From Thaumarchaeota archaeon CSP1-1 (lineage in GTDB: Archaea > Thermoproteota > Nitrososphaeria > Nitrososphaerales > Nitrosopumilaceae), in contig LDXL01000005.1 in NCBI GenBank assembly GCA_001443365.1, positions 28,072 to 60,071 on the forward strand: a DNA stretch of 32,000 nucleotides, read 5' to 3'. Below, in pieces: positions 8,397-16,994 of this stretch. The notes below the pieces were generated by a model. That model did no database searches, was not told the DNA's origin, and saw nothing but the letters and a program-made list of their open reading frames with translations. A program made the translations under genes and the position numbers. Numbering within the stretch: position 1 is the first letter of the stretch; every line of letters begins with the position of its first letter.

Positions 8397-10751
8397 TTGT
8401 TTACTGAAACGTCATCGTCAGGTCTAGTCAGAAGTCTTTCTTTACTTGACATAGTAATGGTTGGAATTGCTGCAATGATTGGTGGTTCTATCTTTATTCT
8501 GGTAGGCCCTGCCATGGGTGAAGCAGGTCCTGCACTGCTTATCGTCTTTGTATTTTGTGGAATAATCAGCTTCTTTACCGCATTAACATATGCAGAGCTA
8601 GGATCTGCATTTCCAGAAGCAGGTGGAGGTTACAGATGGGTAAAAGAAGGACTACCCAGACCAAATGCGTTTCTCAGTGGCTGGACTGCGTGGTTTGCTC
8701 ACATGATTGCAGGAAGCCTGTATGCAGTATCCTTTGGTTCCTTTTTTGGAAACTTGCTTATCAACCTAGGCGTCCCATCCGAATATGCTGGAGTCGCACT
8801 TGAGAAGATTATTGCCGTAATTTCGATAATAATTTTCACCTATGTGAATTACAAAGGTGTTTCAATTACGGGCAAAGTTGGAAATGGACTAACATTTGCA
8901 CAACTTGCACTTATTATTGTCCTTATCACTTCAGGTCTTTTTGCAATGAGTTTTACAAATCCTACTTGGATGACAAACTTTCAGAATTTTATTCCGAATG
9001 GTGCAGTTGGATTGATTCTAGGGGTGGGAATTATGTTCATAGCTTTTGAAGGGTATGAAATAATTGTACAAGCTGGAGAAGAAGTCAAAAATCCAAAGAG
9101 AAACATCCCAAAAGCAATTTTCATTACGCTTGGAGTTGTCACAACACTTTACATTGTTTTTACTTTCGCTTTTCTGGGTGGGCTGAACTCATCTATAGTT
9201 GGCAAGGAGTCATGGCAATTCATAAGTGATTATAATGAGCTGGGAATTGCACACGCTGCAAATTTTTTACTACCATTCGGAACGATACTAGTCCTAGTTG
9301 GCGGTCTGGTGTCAACTATTGCTGCACTTAGTGCCACTACATTTTCCTCAAGTAGAGTTTCATTTGCAATGGGAAGGCAGTACAACCTTCCTTACATTTT
9401 CAGCTCTATTCATTCCAGATATCATACTCCTCACTTTGCAATATTAGCATCAGGTTTTATCATGCTTGTAATGGCCGTGTGGCTTCCAATTGAACAGCTT
9501 GCACTTGCTGCTGCTGTAATGTTCCTATTTCTATTCACACAAGTCAATTGGGCAGGTATTAACATTAGAAGACTCTACGGCAACAAACTTGATTATGGAT
9601 TCAAAAGTCCATTGTTTCCTATCATGCCCATTGTAGGCATATTTTGTAACATTGGGCTTGCTGTTTTTCTTCTTATTTACAATCCACTGAGCTGGGCAAT
9701 TGCTATTGTATGGATATTGATTGGTTTTTCAATTTACAAATTATATATTTCCAAAAAAGAGATTGAGCATTATGCACCTTTAGTGGCAAGTGAAGGTCCA
9801 TCTTATCGAAAGGATTATCGTATAATGATTGTTGTTGAACAAAACACAACAGAAAAACTCGCAAAAATAGGTCTAGCTTTAGCACAGGACAAACAAGGTG
9901 AAGTTTCATTTCTCAACGTAGTTACAATTCCAATACAGGTAGCACTTTCATCTGCACAGAGTCTTGCAGAACCTGCTACGAAATCCTTTGATGAATTAAA
10001 AAAAATACTACCAAACTCATCTGAGCATAGATATCTGGTCAGGCTTTCACATGATACTACTGAAGCCATAATTGCAACAGTTGAAGAACAGGGAATTAAC
10101 CTACTCATAATGGATTTTCGTAGCCTACGTAGTAACAGAAAGTTACTATCACTTACAACATGTGATATTATTGGAGTTAACATCAAGGAAAATTTTGATA
10201 ATGAATTACAAAATATTGTTGTATCCTATGATAAAGGCCGACACTCAAATTTGGGATTAGAAATGGCAAACTCGCTTTCAAAATCATTAAACAGCAATAT
10301 ACGAATTGTTAGAGGTATTGTTGAATCCCCCGAAGAAGAACGCGATATTTTAGGAATAATTAATGAAAAGATGTTTGATCTTGACATGAAAAAAATCCCA
10401 GTTGAAAGAGTTTATCCAAAAACAGACAATGCAATGCAGAGTCTGCTTCAAAATTTTGATAGCGGAAAACCCGAAATGATAATTGTTGGAGCAGGAAATC
10501 AATCTGATCAAGCATTTAGTCCAAAAACAATGGAAGTGGTGGAAAAGTCTTCTAATACCGTATTTGTAATACGTGACTCTAGATTATCTGGAATACAAGC
10601 TAGGTATTTCTGGAATGCAATTGCACCGCGACTTGCAGAAAATCGTGTTATCTATAGAATGTATTTGAATGCGCTAAGACTAATCTTTTTTATTAGAACA
10701 AAAAGGGCAAAAACTCGTCCTGATGAAGACTATTTTGCATCAAAAATATGA
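8397..10751 (+). CDS. APC-superfamily amino-acid/polyamine permease fused to two C-terminal universal stress protein (USP) domains
   Basis: 784 aa. About 12 TM segments carry the APC N-terminal signature (LSLLDIVMVGIAAMIGGSIFILVGPA, FPEAGGGYRWV). Two USP-like alpha/beta modules follow (YRIMIVVEQN...LLIMDFRS and NIVVSYDKGRHS...MIIVGAGNQ...VFVIRDS). The start is TTG at 8397; the next ATG would remove TM1. Confidence 0.85.
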   Translation: MFTETSSSGLVRSLSLLDIVMVGIAAMIGGSIFILVGPAMGEAGPALLIVFVFCGIISFFTALTYAELGSAFPEAGGGYRWVKEGLPRPNAFLSGWTAWFAHMIAGSLYAVSFGSFFGNLLINLGVPSEYAGVALEKIIAVISIIIFTYVNYKGVSITGKVGNGLTFAQLALIIVLITSGLFAMSFTNPTWMTNFQNFIPNGAVGLILGVGIMFIAFEGYEIIVQAGEEVKNPKRNIPKAIFITLGVVTTLYIVFTFAFLGGLNSSIVGKESWQFISDYNELGIAHAANFLLPFGTILVLVGGLVSTIAALSATTFSSSRVSFAMGRQYNLPYIFSSIHSRYHTPHFAILASGFIMLVMAVWLPIEQLALAAAVMFLFLFTQVNWAGINIRRLYGNKLDYGFKSPLFPIMPIVGIFCNIGLAVFLLIYNPLSWAIAIVWILIGFSIYKLYISKKEIEHYAPLVASEGPSYRKDYRIMIVVEQNTTEKLAKIGLALAQDKQGEVSFLNVVTIPIQVALSSAQSLAEPATKSFDELKKILPNSSEHRYLVRLSHDTTEAIIATVEEQGINLLIMDFRSLRSNRKLLSLTTCDIIGVNIKENFDNELQNIVVSYDKGRHSNLGLEMANSLSKSLNSNIRIVRGIVESPEEERDILGIINEKMFDLDMKKIPVERVYPKTDNAMQSLLQNFDSGKPEMIIVGAGNQSDQAFSPKTMEVVEKSSNTVFVIRDSRLSGIQARYFWNAIAPRLAENRVIYRMYLNALRLIFFIRTKRAKTRPDEDYFASKI

Positions 10752-10774
10752 CTGCGTCACTAGTCTTAACAATC

Positions 10775-10782
10775 TTAAAATA
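10775..10782 (+). promoter_or_regulatory. Putative TATA box for RNase P RNA
   Basis: cTTAAAATAg is centred about 28 nt upstream of the predicted 5' end of the P1 helix (10807). Confidence 0.4.
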
Positions 10783-10806
10783 GAAATTTTCACTTTCTAT
10801 TTACAA

Positions 10807-11090
10807 GTGCGAGCTGGTGAACGAGACGCTGCTACGGCAGAGGAAACTCCTCCCTCCATGCAGGAAATGTGTTCCGGCGACGGATAGTCAGAGATGACTG
10901 GCAACAGAATAGAAATTAATCCGACCTAGCGTACAATGATGGCAAAACCTGAGGTTTCTAGAGAAGGAATGAAAGAGCTGACCCACGTGGAGCAAGGCCA
11001 AACAGAACCTTAGGATCCTGCACTTGGTTCAGGTAGGCTGCAAAGCGAAATATCGTTAAAACAGAAGGAGGGTTACGGCCAGCACGCACA
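10807..11090 (+). ncRNA. rnpB: RNase P RNA (archaeal type)
   Basis: A 340-nt ORF-free, visibly G+C-rich island. The 5' GTGCGAGCTGG pairs with the 3' CCAGCACGCAC to form P1 with one mismatch. The universal CR-I-like AGAGGAAACTCCTCC (10840-10854) and CR-V-like ACAGAAGGAGGGTTAC (11061-11076) form a P4 helix (AAC-U-CCUCC with GGAGG-GUU) that carries the conserved bulged U. Confidence 0.85.
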
Positions 11091-11092
11091 TT

Positions 11093-12352
11093 TTAAGATG
11101 GTTTCCAACCTTTTGGCATGGAACCTTTTGTACTAGACTTACTTGCAGGCTCTTCTTTCTTTTCTTGTTCATATACGCTTCTGGTTTGTTCATAAGATTG
11201 GTCACCTTTCAGTTGCGCCTCCCCTCGAACAGTTTGATATCCACCAGAAGAAGCACTAGTTGCATAGCTTTGTAATTGTGATGGATCAATACCTCGTTGG
11301 CCTTGTCCTTCCTCGGCCTTTAGCTTTCTACTACTAAAAATCAAAACTGCAATTGCTCCAATTCCTGCCATCGCTGCCATTCCATAAATTATCATTATTG
11401 GGAATCCTCCTCCTGTAGTTTCACCATAATCCTTAGGAGCTGTTGGAGTAACCCCTAACACTTCAGTACCAGCTAAATTATCTATTGCTGCAAAACCAAT
11501 TACAGCAACATTTGCCGAGTCTGCTCCTTCTGTGACTCTAATTGTGTATTCTGTATCTTTTGTAAATGTTACCACAAATTCTTTTTCAACTTGTCTTCCT
11601 TCCCTGATACTACTTTCACCCATTGTAAAAGAATGCACAACGAAACCTGAAATGGATTTATCTAATCCAAATGTACTTGCATCAACATTAATTCCAGTTG
11701 GGTCAAACAAATCGTGCCAGTTTCCAAGTGGTTGGTCTCTTATTCCATCAGCATTCATAATGTTTTTTGAAAGAAGAGATTCTCCTTCTGTTCCAGCAAT
11801 AATCTCATATGTTACAGGCTCTTTAGATTTTAAAACAGAAATTGGCATGTTAATTTCTACTCCATCAATTGTTATTGGTACAATAACACTTAGGCCTCTC
11901 CAACCCATATCTACTAGTGATGGATTGTTAGGAGAATATTTACGAATATTGTAGTGTGATAATGTGGGAGTTAAAACTATCTTGTAATCTATGGATGTAT
12001 TTGTCTCTCTTCCTATTAGTTCTGCACTATACTCTACACCCAAATCAGTTATTTGAGCACTACTTCCATCATTTTTTATTTTTTGATTCAATTTATTTAT
12101 CAAATCTTGAACTGCTGGGTTGGAAGAATCTGCCTGAACACTAACTTTCCAGGTTTTTGTTTTTAATTCGTTTGCAAGATCTCCACCATTTTGATAATCT
12201 ATGAAAATATTTCTTTGGAAAGTCATCTTAATTTTAGCCGATTCAGCATCAGGTAATAGTTTTGCTTCAAGTTGTGCACCAAAAACTGATGTACTACTAC
12301 CAATAATTAAAAGACCTGTAAAAAAGACGATTAAAATTGCTACCCTCATCAC
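11093..12352 (-). CDS. Surface-anchored hypothetical protein (signal peptide, ~290-aa ectodomain, one C-terminal TM, ~75-aa low-complexity cytoplasmic tail)
   Basis: 419 aa. The signal is MMRVAILIVFFTGLLIIGSSTSVFGA, the TM is FPIMIIYGMAAMAGIGAIAVLIF, and the tail is rich in Q/S/E/K/G. I recognise no family. Confidence 0.7.
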   Translation of the reverse strand: MMRVAILIVFFTGLLIIGSSTSVFGAQLEAKLLPDAESAKIKMTFQRNIFIDYQNGGDLANELKTKTWKVSVQADSSNPAVQDLINKLNQKIKNDGSSAQITDLGVEYSAELIGRETNTSIDYKIVLTPTLSHYNIRKYSPNNPSLVDMGWRGLSVIVPITIDGVEINMPISVLKSKEPVTYEIIAGTEGESLLSKNIMNADGIRDQPLGNWHDLFDPTGINVDASTFGLDKSISGFVVHSFTMGESSIREGRQVEKEFVVTFTKDTEYTIRVTEGADSANVAVIGFAAIDNLAGTEVLGVTPTAPKDYGETTGGGFPIMIIYGMAAMAGIGAIAVLIFSSRKLKAEEGQGQRGIDPSQLQSYATSASSGGYQTVRGEAQLKGDQSYEQTRSVYEQEKKEEPASKSSTKGSMPKGWKPS

Positions 12353-12471
12353 GGAATGTGATCGCTATAGCCACAATAAAAAACTTGTCTTGATTCATAA
12401 TTCTGGAGTTATATTGAAAAAGTAATATTGAGCGATAATTTCATTGATTAGTAGTTTTAGAGCTGAAAAAT

Positions 12472-13392
12472 ATGATAACAATACTTGCGGGAGGCACTGG
12501 ATCGGTCAAATTAGTTCGAGGGATAGTTTCGCAATCCTCTAATGTGAATGTAATCAGCAATGTAGGCGATAATTATTGGTTGTATGGTATGTATCTATGT
12601 CCCGACATTGACACCATTATCTACGGATTAGCAGATATTCTAGATTATGATAGGGGCTGGGGAATTACGAAAGATACATTTGGATTCTTAAGACAAATGG
12701 AGATTTTTGGAGAAGAAACTTGGTTTAGAATTGGCGATAGAGATGCTGCAACACATCTGATGAGAACTAATATGCTAAAAAATGGAAAAAACCTAAGTGA
12801 TATAACCAAATGGATGTGTGAAAAATTTGCAGTTGAAGCAAAGGTAATTCCTGTAACAGACAATAGTTTGGAGACTAGAATTACTACTAACAAAGGAGAA
12901 GTTCATCTCCAAGAATATTGGGTGAAATATAGGGGAAAAGATGAGGTAGAAGGAATCCAATACATTGGAGCAGATAAAGCTCGTCCCAATCCTGAGGCTA
13001 TTAACGCAATGCATGATTCAGAACGAGTTATCATCGCTCCAGGTAATCCGCTAACAAGTATTGGTCCTATGTTGTCAATTAAAGGAGTTAGAAAAGAGTT
13101 GTCAAAAATCAAAAAGAAAGTAATTGCTGTCAGTCCTTTAATTGGAGATAAAGCATTTAGTGGCCCAGCTGCAAAATACATGCAAGCTGCAGGAATAGAG
13201 GTTTCCTCCTATGGGTTGGCAAAGATGTATTCTGATGTTTGCTCTAATATTGTTATAGATACTAAAGACAAGGGACTTACAAAGCAAATTGAAAGCTTGG
13301 GTATGAAAGTATATGATGCAAAATTAAAAATGATAAACAAAAATGACGAGCAAGCATTAGCTTCGTTTGTATTAAAACAAATCCACGTATAA
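12472..13392 (+). CDS. cofD: 2-phospho-L-lactate transferase (F420 biosynthesis)
   Basis: 306 aa. It has the MITILAGGTGSVKLVRG N-terminus, WFRIGDRDAATHL and IIAPGNPLTSIGPML, all typical of CofD. Confidence 0.85.
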   Translation: MITILAGGTGSVKLVRGIVSQSSNVNVISNVGDNYWLYGMYLCPDIDTIIYGLADILDYDRGWGITKDTFGFLRQMEIFGEETWFRIGDRDAATHLMRTNMLKNGKNLSDITKWMCEKFAVEAKVIPVTDNSLETRITTNKGEVHLQEYWVKYRGKDEVEGIQYIGADKARPNPEAINAMHDSERVIIAPGNPLTSIGPMLSIKGVRKELSKIKKKVIAVSPLIGDKAFSGPAAKYMQAAGIEVSSYGLAKMYSDVCSNIVIDTKDKGLTKQIESLGMKVYDAKLKMINKNDEQALASFVLKQIHV

Positions 13393-13393
13393 T

Positions 13394-14023
13394 TTGAAAA
13401 TTGCGGCTATTATCCCAGTTAAGACGTTTTCTAAAGCAAAAACAAGATTAAACTTATCATCTAATCAAAAAGAAGATCTTTGTAGAATCATGTTACAAGA
13501 AGTTGTTGAGACTATCTCAAAATCTAAAATTTTTGAAAAAATTGTTGTTGTTTCAAAAGATGAAACAGCTTTAAAACTAACTAAAAGATTTGGTGTGCAA
13601 GAAATTTTTGATAATGATGAGTCTGGGGTGAACCACGCAGTATCTCTTGCAGACAACTATCTTGAAAATAATGGATGTGCCGCATCAATTGTTTTTCCAC
13701 AAGATATACCATTTATGCAGTCTGAAGACATTGAAAATCTAATTCGATTTCAAAAATCCCCCAAGTCTGTTTTAGTTGTTCCTTCTCGGAGGTTTGATGG
13801 AACTAATGCATTACTTAGAATGCCAGTAAATTTAATGGAAACTCATTATGATGAAGATAGCTACAAGATTCATCTGGAGGTTGGAAAATCCCTTACATCA
13901 AATACCTCTCTTGTTCTTTTAAGGAGAATTATGCTAGATATTGATAATCAGGAGGATTTGGAATTTTTGCTTTCACAAAATGAAAAACCCACTATCAGTA
14001 GTAAAATCGGCAAAATTTCCTAA
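13394..14023 (+). CDS. cofC: 2-phospho-L-lactate (or PEP) guanylyltransferase (F420 biosynthesis)
   Basis: 209 aa. It has KIAAIIPVKTFSKAKTRL and a FDGTNAL motif, and lies immediately downstream of cofD. TTG start at 13394 is 1 nt after the cofD stop. Confidence 0.75.
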   Translation: MKIAAIIPVKTFSKAKTRLNLSSNQKEDLCRIMLQEVVETISKSKIFEKIVVVSKDETALKLTKRFGVQEIFDNDESGVNHAVSLADNYLENNGCAASIVFPQDIPFMQSEDIENLIRFQKSPKSVLVVPSRRFDGTNALLRMPVNLMETHYDEDSYKIHLEVGKSLTSNTSLVLLRRIMLDIDNQEDLEFLLSQNEKPTISSKIGKIS

Positions 14024-14068
14024 CTTATTAGTAAACCCATCTATAAGCATATAAGTAACTGTACAGCA

Positions 14069-15025
14069 ATGTATAAATACGAGAATTTATCGAAACGACG
14101 AGATGTTATTGATATGGTAAAAAATGCTAATCCAAAAGATAGATGCCCTAGATGTGGAAAAGGCACTCTAGTTACTGACACTAATACTGGAGAGAATTTT
14201 TGTGGAAAGTGTGGATATGTTTTAACAGATCAATCAGTGGAATCTGGCCCTGAGTGGCGTTCTTTCTCTAAAGAAGAACACGAAGGTAGAAGCCGTGCTG
14301 GTGTTCCAACATCCCTTGCAATGCATGATATGGGACTTGCAACCATTATCGGACCAACCGATAGAGATGCAACTGGAAAACCTCTTTCGGCATCAATGAG
14401 AAGTACAATTGAGCGTCTTAGAACTTGGGATAGTAGAAGCCAAGTTCATGAACCAATTGATAGAAACTTTAGGCAAGCATTTAGTGAACTTGATCGACTC
14501 AAAGATAAACTAGCTGTTGGTGACGCAGTAATTGAAAAAGCTGCATATATTTACAGAAAAGCATTAGATAAAGGCCTAGTTCGTGGAAGATCAATTTCTG
14601 CATTAATTGCAGCTTCACTTTATGCTGCATGTCGTGATACTGAAACTCCAAGAACCCTAAAAGACATTGGACATTCAAGTAACATTAAAAGAAAAGATAT
14701 TGCGCGGTGTTATAGATTGTTACTCAGAGAGCTTGGCTTAAAGATGCCAGTTGTAGATCCAATAAAATGTATTGCAAGAATTGCAAGCAAGGCAGGCTTG
14801 TCAGAAAAGACCAAACGTGACGCCACAAAAATTCTTAAAACTGCTGAAGAAATTAAAATTTCAGCAGGAAAGGATCCAATGGGTCTTGCGGCTGCAGCTC
14901 TTTATGTAGCGTGTGTAGCAAATGGAGAAAACAAGACACAACGAGATGTTGCTGAAGCTGCAGGTGTTACAGAAGTTACTATAAGAAATAGATACAAAGG
15001 ACTCAAAATATCTCTAAATCTCTAA
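14069..15025 (+). CDS. tfb: Transcription initiation factor B (TFIIB homologue)
   Basis: An N-terminal zinc ribbon (CPRCGKGTLVTDTNTGENFCGKCG), a B-finger/linker and two cyclin folds. The true start may be ATG 14114 (MVKNANPK...), because tgTATAAATac at 14071-14078 looks like a TATA box. Confidence 0.93.
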   Translation: MYKYENLSKRRDVIDMVKNANPKDRCPRCGKGTLVTDTNTGENFCGKCGYVLTDQSVESGPEWRSFSKEEHEGRSRAGVPTSLAMHDMGLATIIGPTDRDATGKPLSASMRSTIERLRTWDSRSQVHEPIDRNFRQAFSELDRLKDKLAVGDAVIEKAAYIYRKALDKGLVRGRSISALIAASLYAACRDTETPRTLKDIGHSSNIKRKDIARCYRLLLRELGLKMPVVDPIKCIARIASKAGLSEKTKRDATKILKTAEEIKISAGKDPMGLAAAALYVACVANGENKTQRDVAEAAGVTEVTIRNRYKGLKISLNL

Positions 15026-16006
15026 TTTTTTTTCCTTTTTCAAATTCAGATAATTTACAATTATTAACACAATTGATAAAATTCCTGTCATGACAAATAG
15101 AATCTCCAAACTATTAGTTAGTGAATGAGAAAAAGCATTTTTTACTGTAATTTCATTTATCTCAGCAAGGAAATTCACGTATGAAAAAATAAAATAATTT
15201 GTTGACCAATGAACCAGAATTGCCGAGACAAATCCATGTTTGAAATAAACCCATCCAATAATTATCCCACTTGCAGTTGCTTGAGCAAATTTGCCTAAAC
15301 TCCAAGGTTCACCAGAAATTATATGAGCTGCGCCAAAAAATATTCCCACAACTACAATCAAAATCAATGCTTTTTTTGTTTCATAGATATGTAAGGTCTG
15401 TGTTGGATGCCATAGTGATTTGAAAAATAAAATCATTGATGCTCGATGAGAGTAAATAGCAAACAAAGGAATTCCAATTAACATCACTCTAAATCCTATT
15501 TCTTCACTAATTGGTGCCGCAGTAATCTCAAAGAATTGAATTAAACTATCTGATTGTTGAGGCGGTTGCGTTGTTATTCCTACACTTTCTTGAATAAAAT
15601 CAATTATTCCAGAAACTACAATCAAAATAGCAAACCACTTGATTACTGAAACGAGATAGTTTGATTTTGATTCATATTTTCCTTCTGACATAATAGAAGA
15701 CAAAGCTTTTAGAAAATTTGTTTTGGGTCCGAACATAGCAATTGAAAATAGAATAACAAATACACCCCACAAACCAATAAAGACATCTCCAAGCTCAAAC
15801 TGTATTGGAATTTCAAAACCAATTCCTGCAGGGAAAAAATCAAACCCATTGATTGGGAAATCAAATCTTACTCCATCTTCTATATTGGAATTAAAAACAA
15901 CATAGGCACCTAAAGGAAATGAAAGAATCATCAAACCAAAAATTACAGAAACTAATGCAGAGAATGGAATTCCCAAAGATTTCATTAACTTGTTTTGGTC
16001 TAACAA
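15014..16006 (-). CDS. CPBP-family (CAAX-type) intramembrane glutamic protease
   Basis: 330 aa, polytopic. The motifs are in the family order: EEIGFRVMLIG (EExxxR), FGAAHIISG (FxxxH) and HWSTN (HxxxN). Start is TTG 16006 or ATG 15985. Confidence 0.75.
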   Translation of the reverse strand: MLDQNKLMKSLGIPFSALVSVIFGLMILSFPLGAYVVFNSNIEDGVRFDFPINGFDFFPAGIGFEIPIQFELGDVFIGLWGVFVILFSIAMFGPKTNFLKALSSIMSEGKYESKSNYLVSVIKWFAILIVVSGIIDFIQESVGITTQPPQQSDSLIQFFEITAAPISEEIGFRVMLIGIPLFAIYSHRASMILFFKSLWHPTQTLHIYETKKALILIVVVGIFFGAAHIISGEPWSLGKFAQATASGIIIGWVYFKHGFVSAILVHWSTNYFIFSYVNFLAEINEITVKNAFSHSLTNSLEILFVMTGILSIVLIIVNYLNLKKEKKLEI

Positions 16007-16013
16007 GTCTTTT

Positions 16014-16346
16014 CTAGTGAAGTTCTATTGATGATTCAGCAAATCCAAGCTTTACCAAAGTTTCTTTGATGGTATCTCGATGGTCGCCTTGTAAAAATAT
16101 GTAACCATCTTTTGCTGTGCCCCCACATGCATATTTGGCTTTTAATTCCTTGGCTACACTTTCTAAATCATTAATTTTTGGATCTAGCCCTTCAATCATA
16201 GTTCCTTTTTTTCTAAAACGTCTAGTTTCTAACCTTATAATGATATGAGTACTGTCTTTTTCTAGTTCACCACAGGCGCATAAATCTTCAGGAAGGCCAC
16301 AAGTACTACAAATTACCGCCATTAATCGAAAAATACTTCTTCCCAC
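16014..16346 (-). CDS. sui1: Translation initiation factor aIF1 (SUI1)
   Basis: The zinc knuckle CSTCGLPEDLCAC is followed by the SUI1 fold (IIIRLETRRFRKKGTMIEGLD...YACGGTAKDGYIFLQGDHRD). The track start is GTG; ATG at 16322 (MAVICSTCG...) is more likely. Confidence 0.9.
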   Translation of the reverse strand: MGRSIFRLMAVICSTCGLPEDLCACGELEKDSTHIIIRLETRRFRKKGTMIEGLDPKINDLESVAKELKAKYACGGTAKDGYIFLQGDHRDTIKETLVKLGFAESSIELH

Positions 16347-16435
16347 ACACTATTAAGCCTTCGCTGAATATGAAAAACTCATTTTTCTACAAGACTATGA
16401 AGATTAAGTTTTTTAGAAATCAATTCTAATATTTC

Positions 16436-16786
16436 TTGATGTCAGCAGAACTTACCAAGAAGGCAATCGAAATGTTGCTAAAAGGTGCTACATTAGTTAG
16501 CGAACCATGCCCATATTGCAAGGGTGTAAGGGTAATAAAAGATGGTCATGCATTGTGCGTCAATTGTGGTAAGGAACCTGAAATTAAAGAAACTAAACCA
16601 GCATCTGAAATCACAGAATATGAGGAGATACAAAAAACCCGTTCAACTCTAAATGTTTTAGAACAAAAACTTGAAAATCTTTCCAAAGAACTCGACGAAG
16701 AAAAAGATCATGAAAAACAACAACAAATCTTAAAATCGATTAATTCACTCGTGGAAATTATTGCCAAATTAAAGAAACAAGAATAA
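16436..16786 (+). CDS. Zinc-ribbon/coiled-coil protein, autoantigen-p27 (UPF0148)-like
   Basis: LLKGATLVSEPCPYCKGVRVIKDGHALCVNCG is followed by a charged helical tail, as in the archaeal Sjogren/scleroderma autoantigen-1-like family. The ATG is at 16439. Confidence 0.5.
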   Translation: MMSAELTKKAIEMLLKGATLVSEPCPYCKGVRVIKDGHALCVNCGKEPEIKETKPASEITEYEEIQKTRSTLNVLEQKLENLSKELDEEKDHEKQQQILKSINSLVEIIAKLKKQE

Positions 16787-16823
16787 AGTTTTTATGTAAA
16801 GTTCCTGACTTTTTAAATTAATC

Positions 16824-16985
16824 ATGGCAACAAAAAAAGGTGCTCCATTACCGGCATCAAGTGCAGGACTTTTGAGATTCTTTGAAGATGAAACAAAAGG
16901 GTTCAAAGTAGATCCAAAAATTGTAGTAACCGTTCCAAGCAGCCTTATTGTAATCTCGTGGTTGATGGATATTTTTCTAGTATAG
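16824..16985 (+). CDS. secG: Preprotein translocase subunit Sec61-beta
   Basis: Not in the track (53 aa). It reads MATKKGAPLPASSAGLLRFFEDETKGFKVDPKIVVTVPSSLIVISWLMDIFLV. The SAGLLRFF-ED motif plus a single C-terminal TM is the archaeal Sec61-beta pattern. Confidence 0.7.
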   Translation: MATKKGAPLPASSAGLLRFFEDETKGFKVDPKIVVTVPSSLIVISWLMDIFLV

Positions 16986-16994
16986 TGACCCGTT

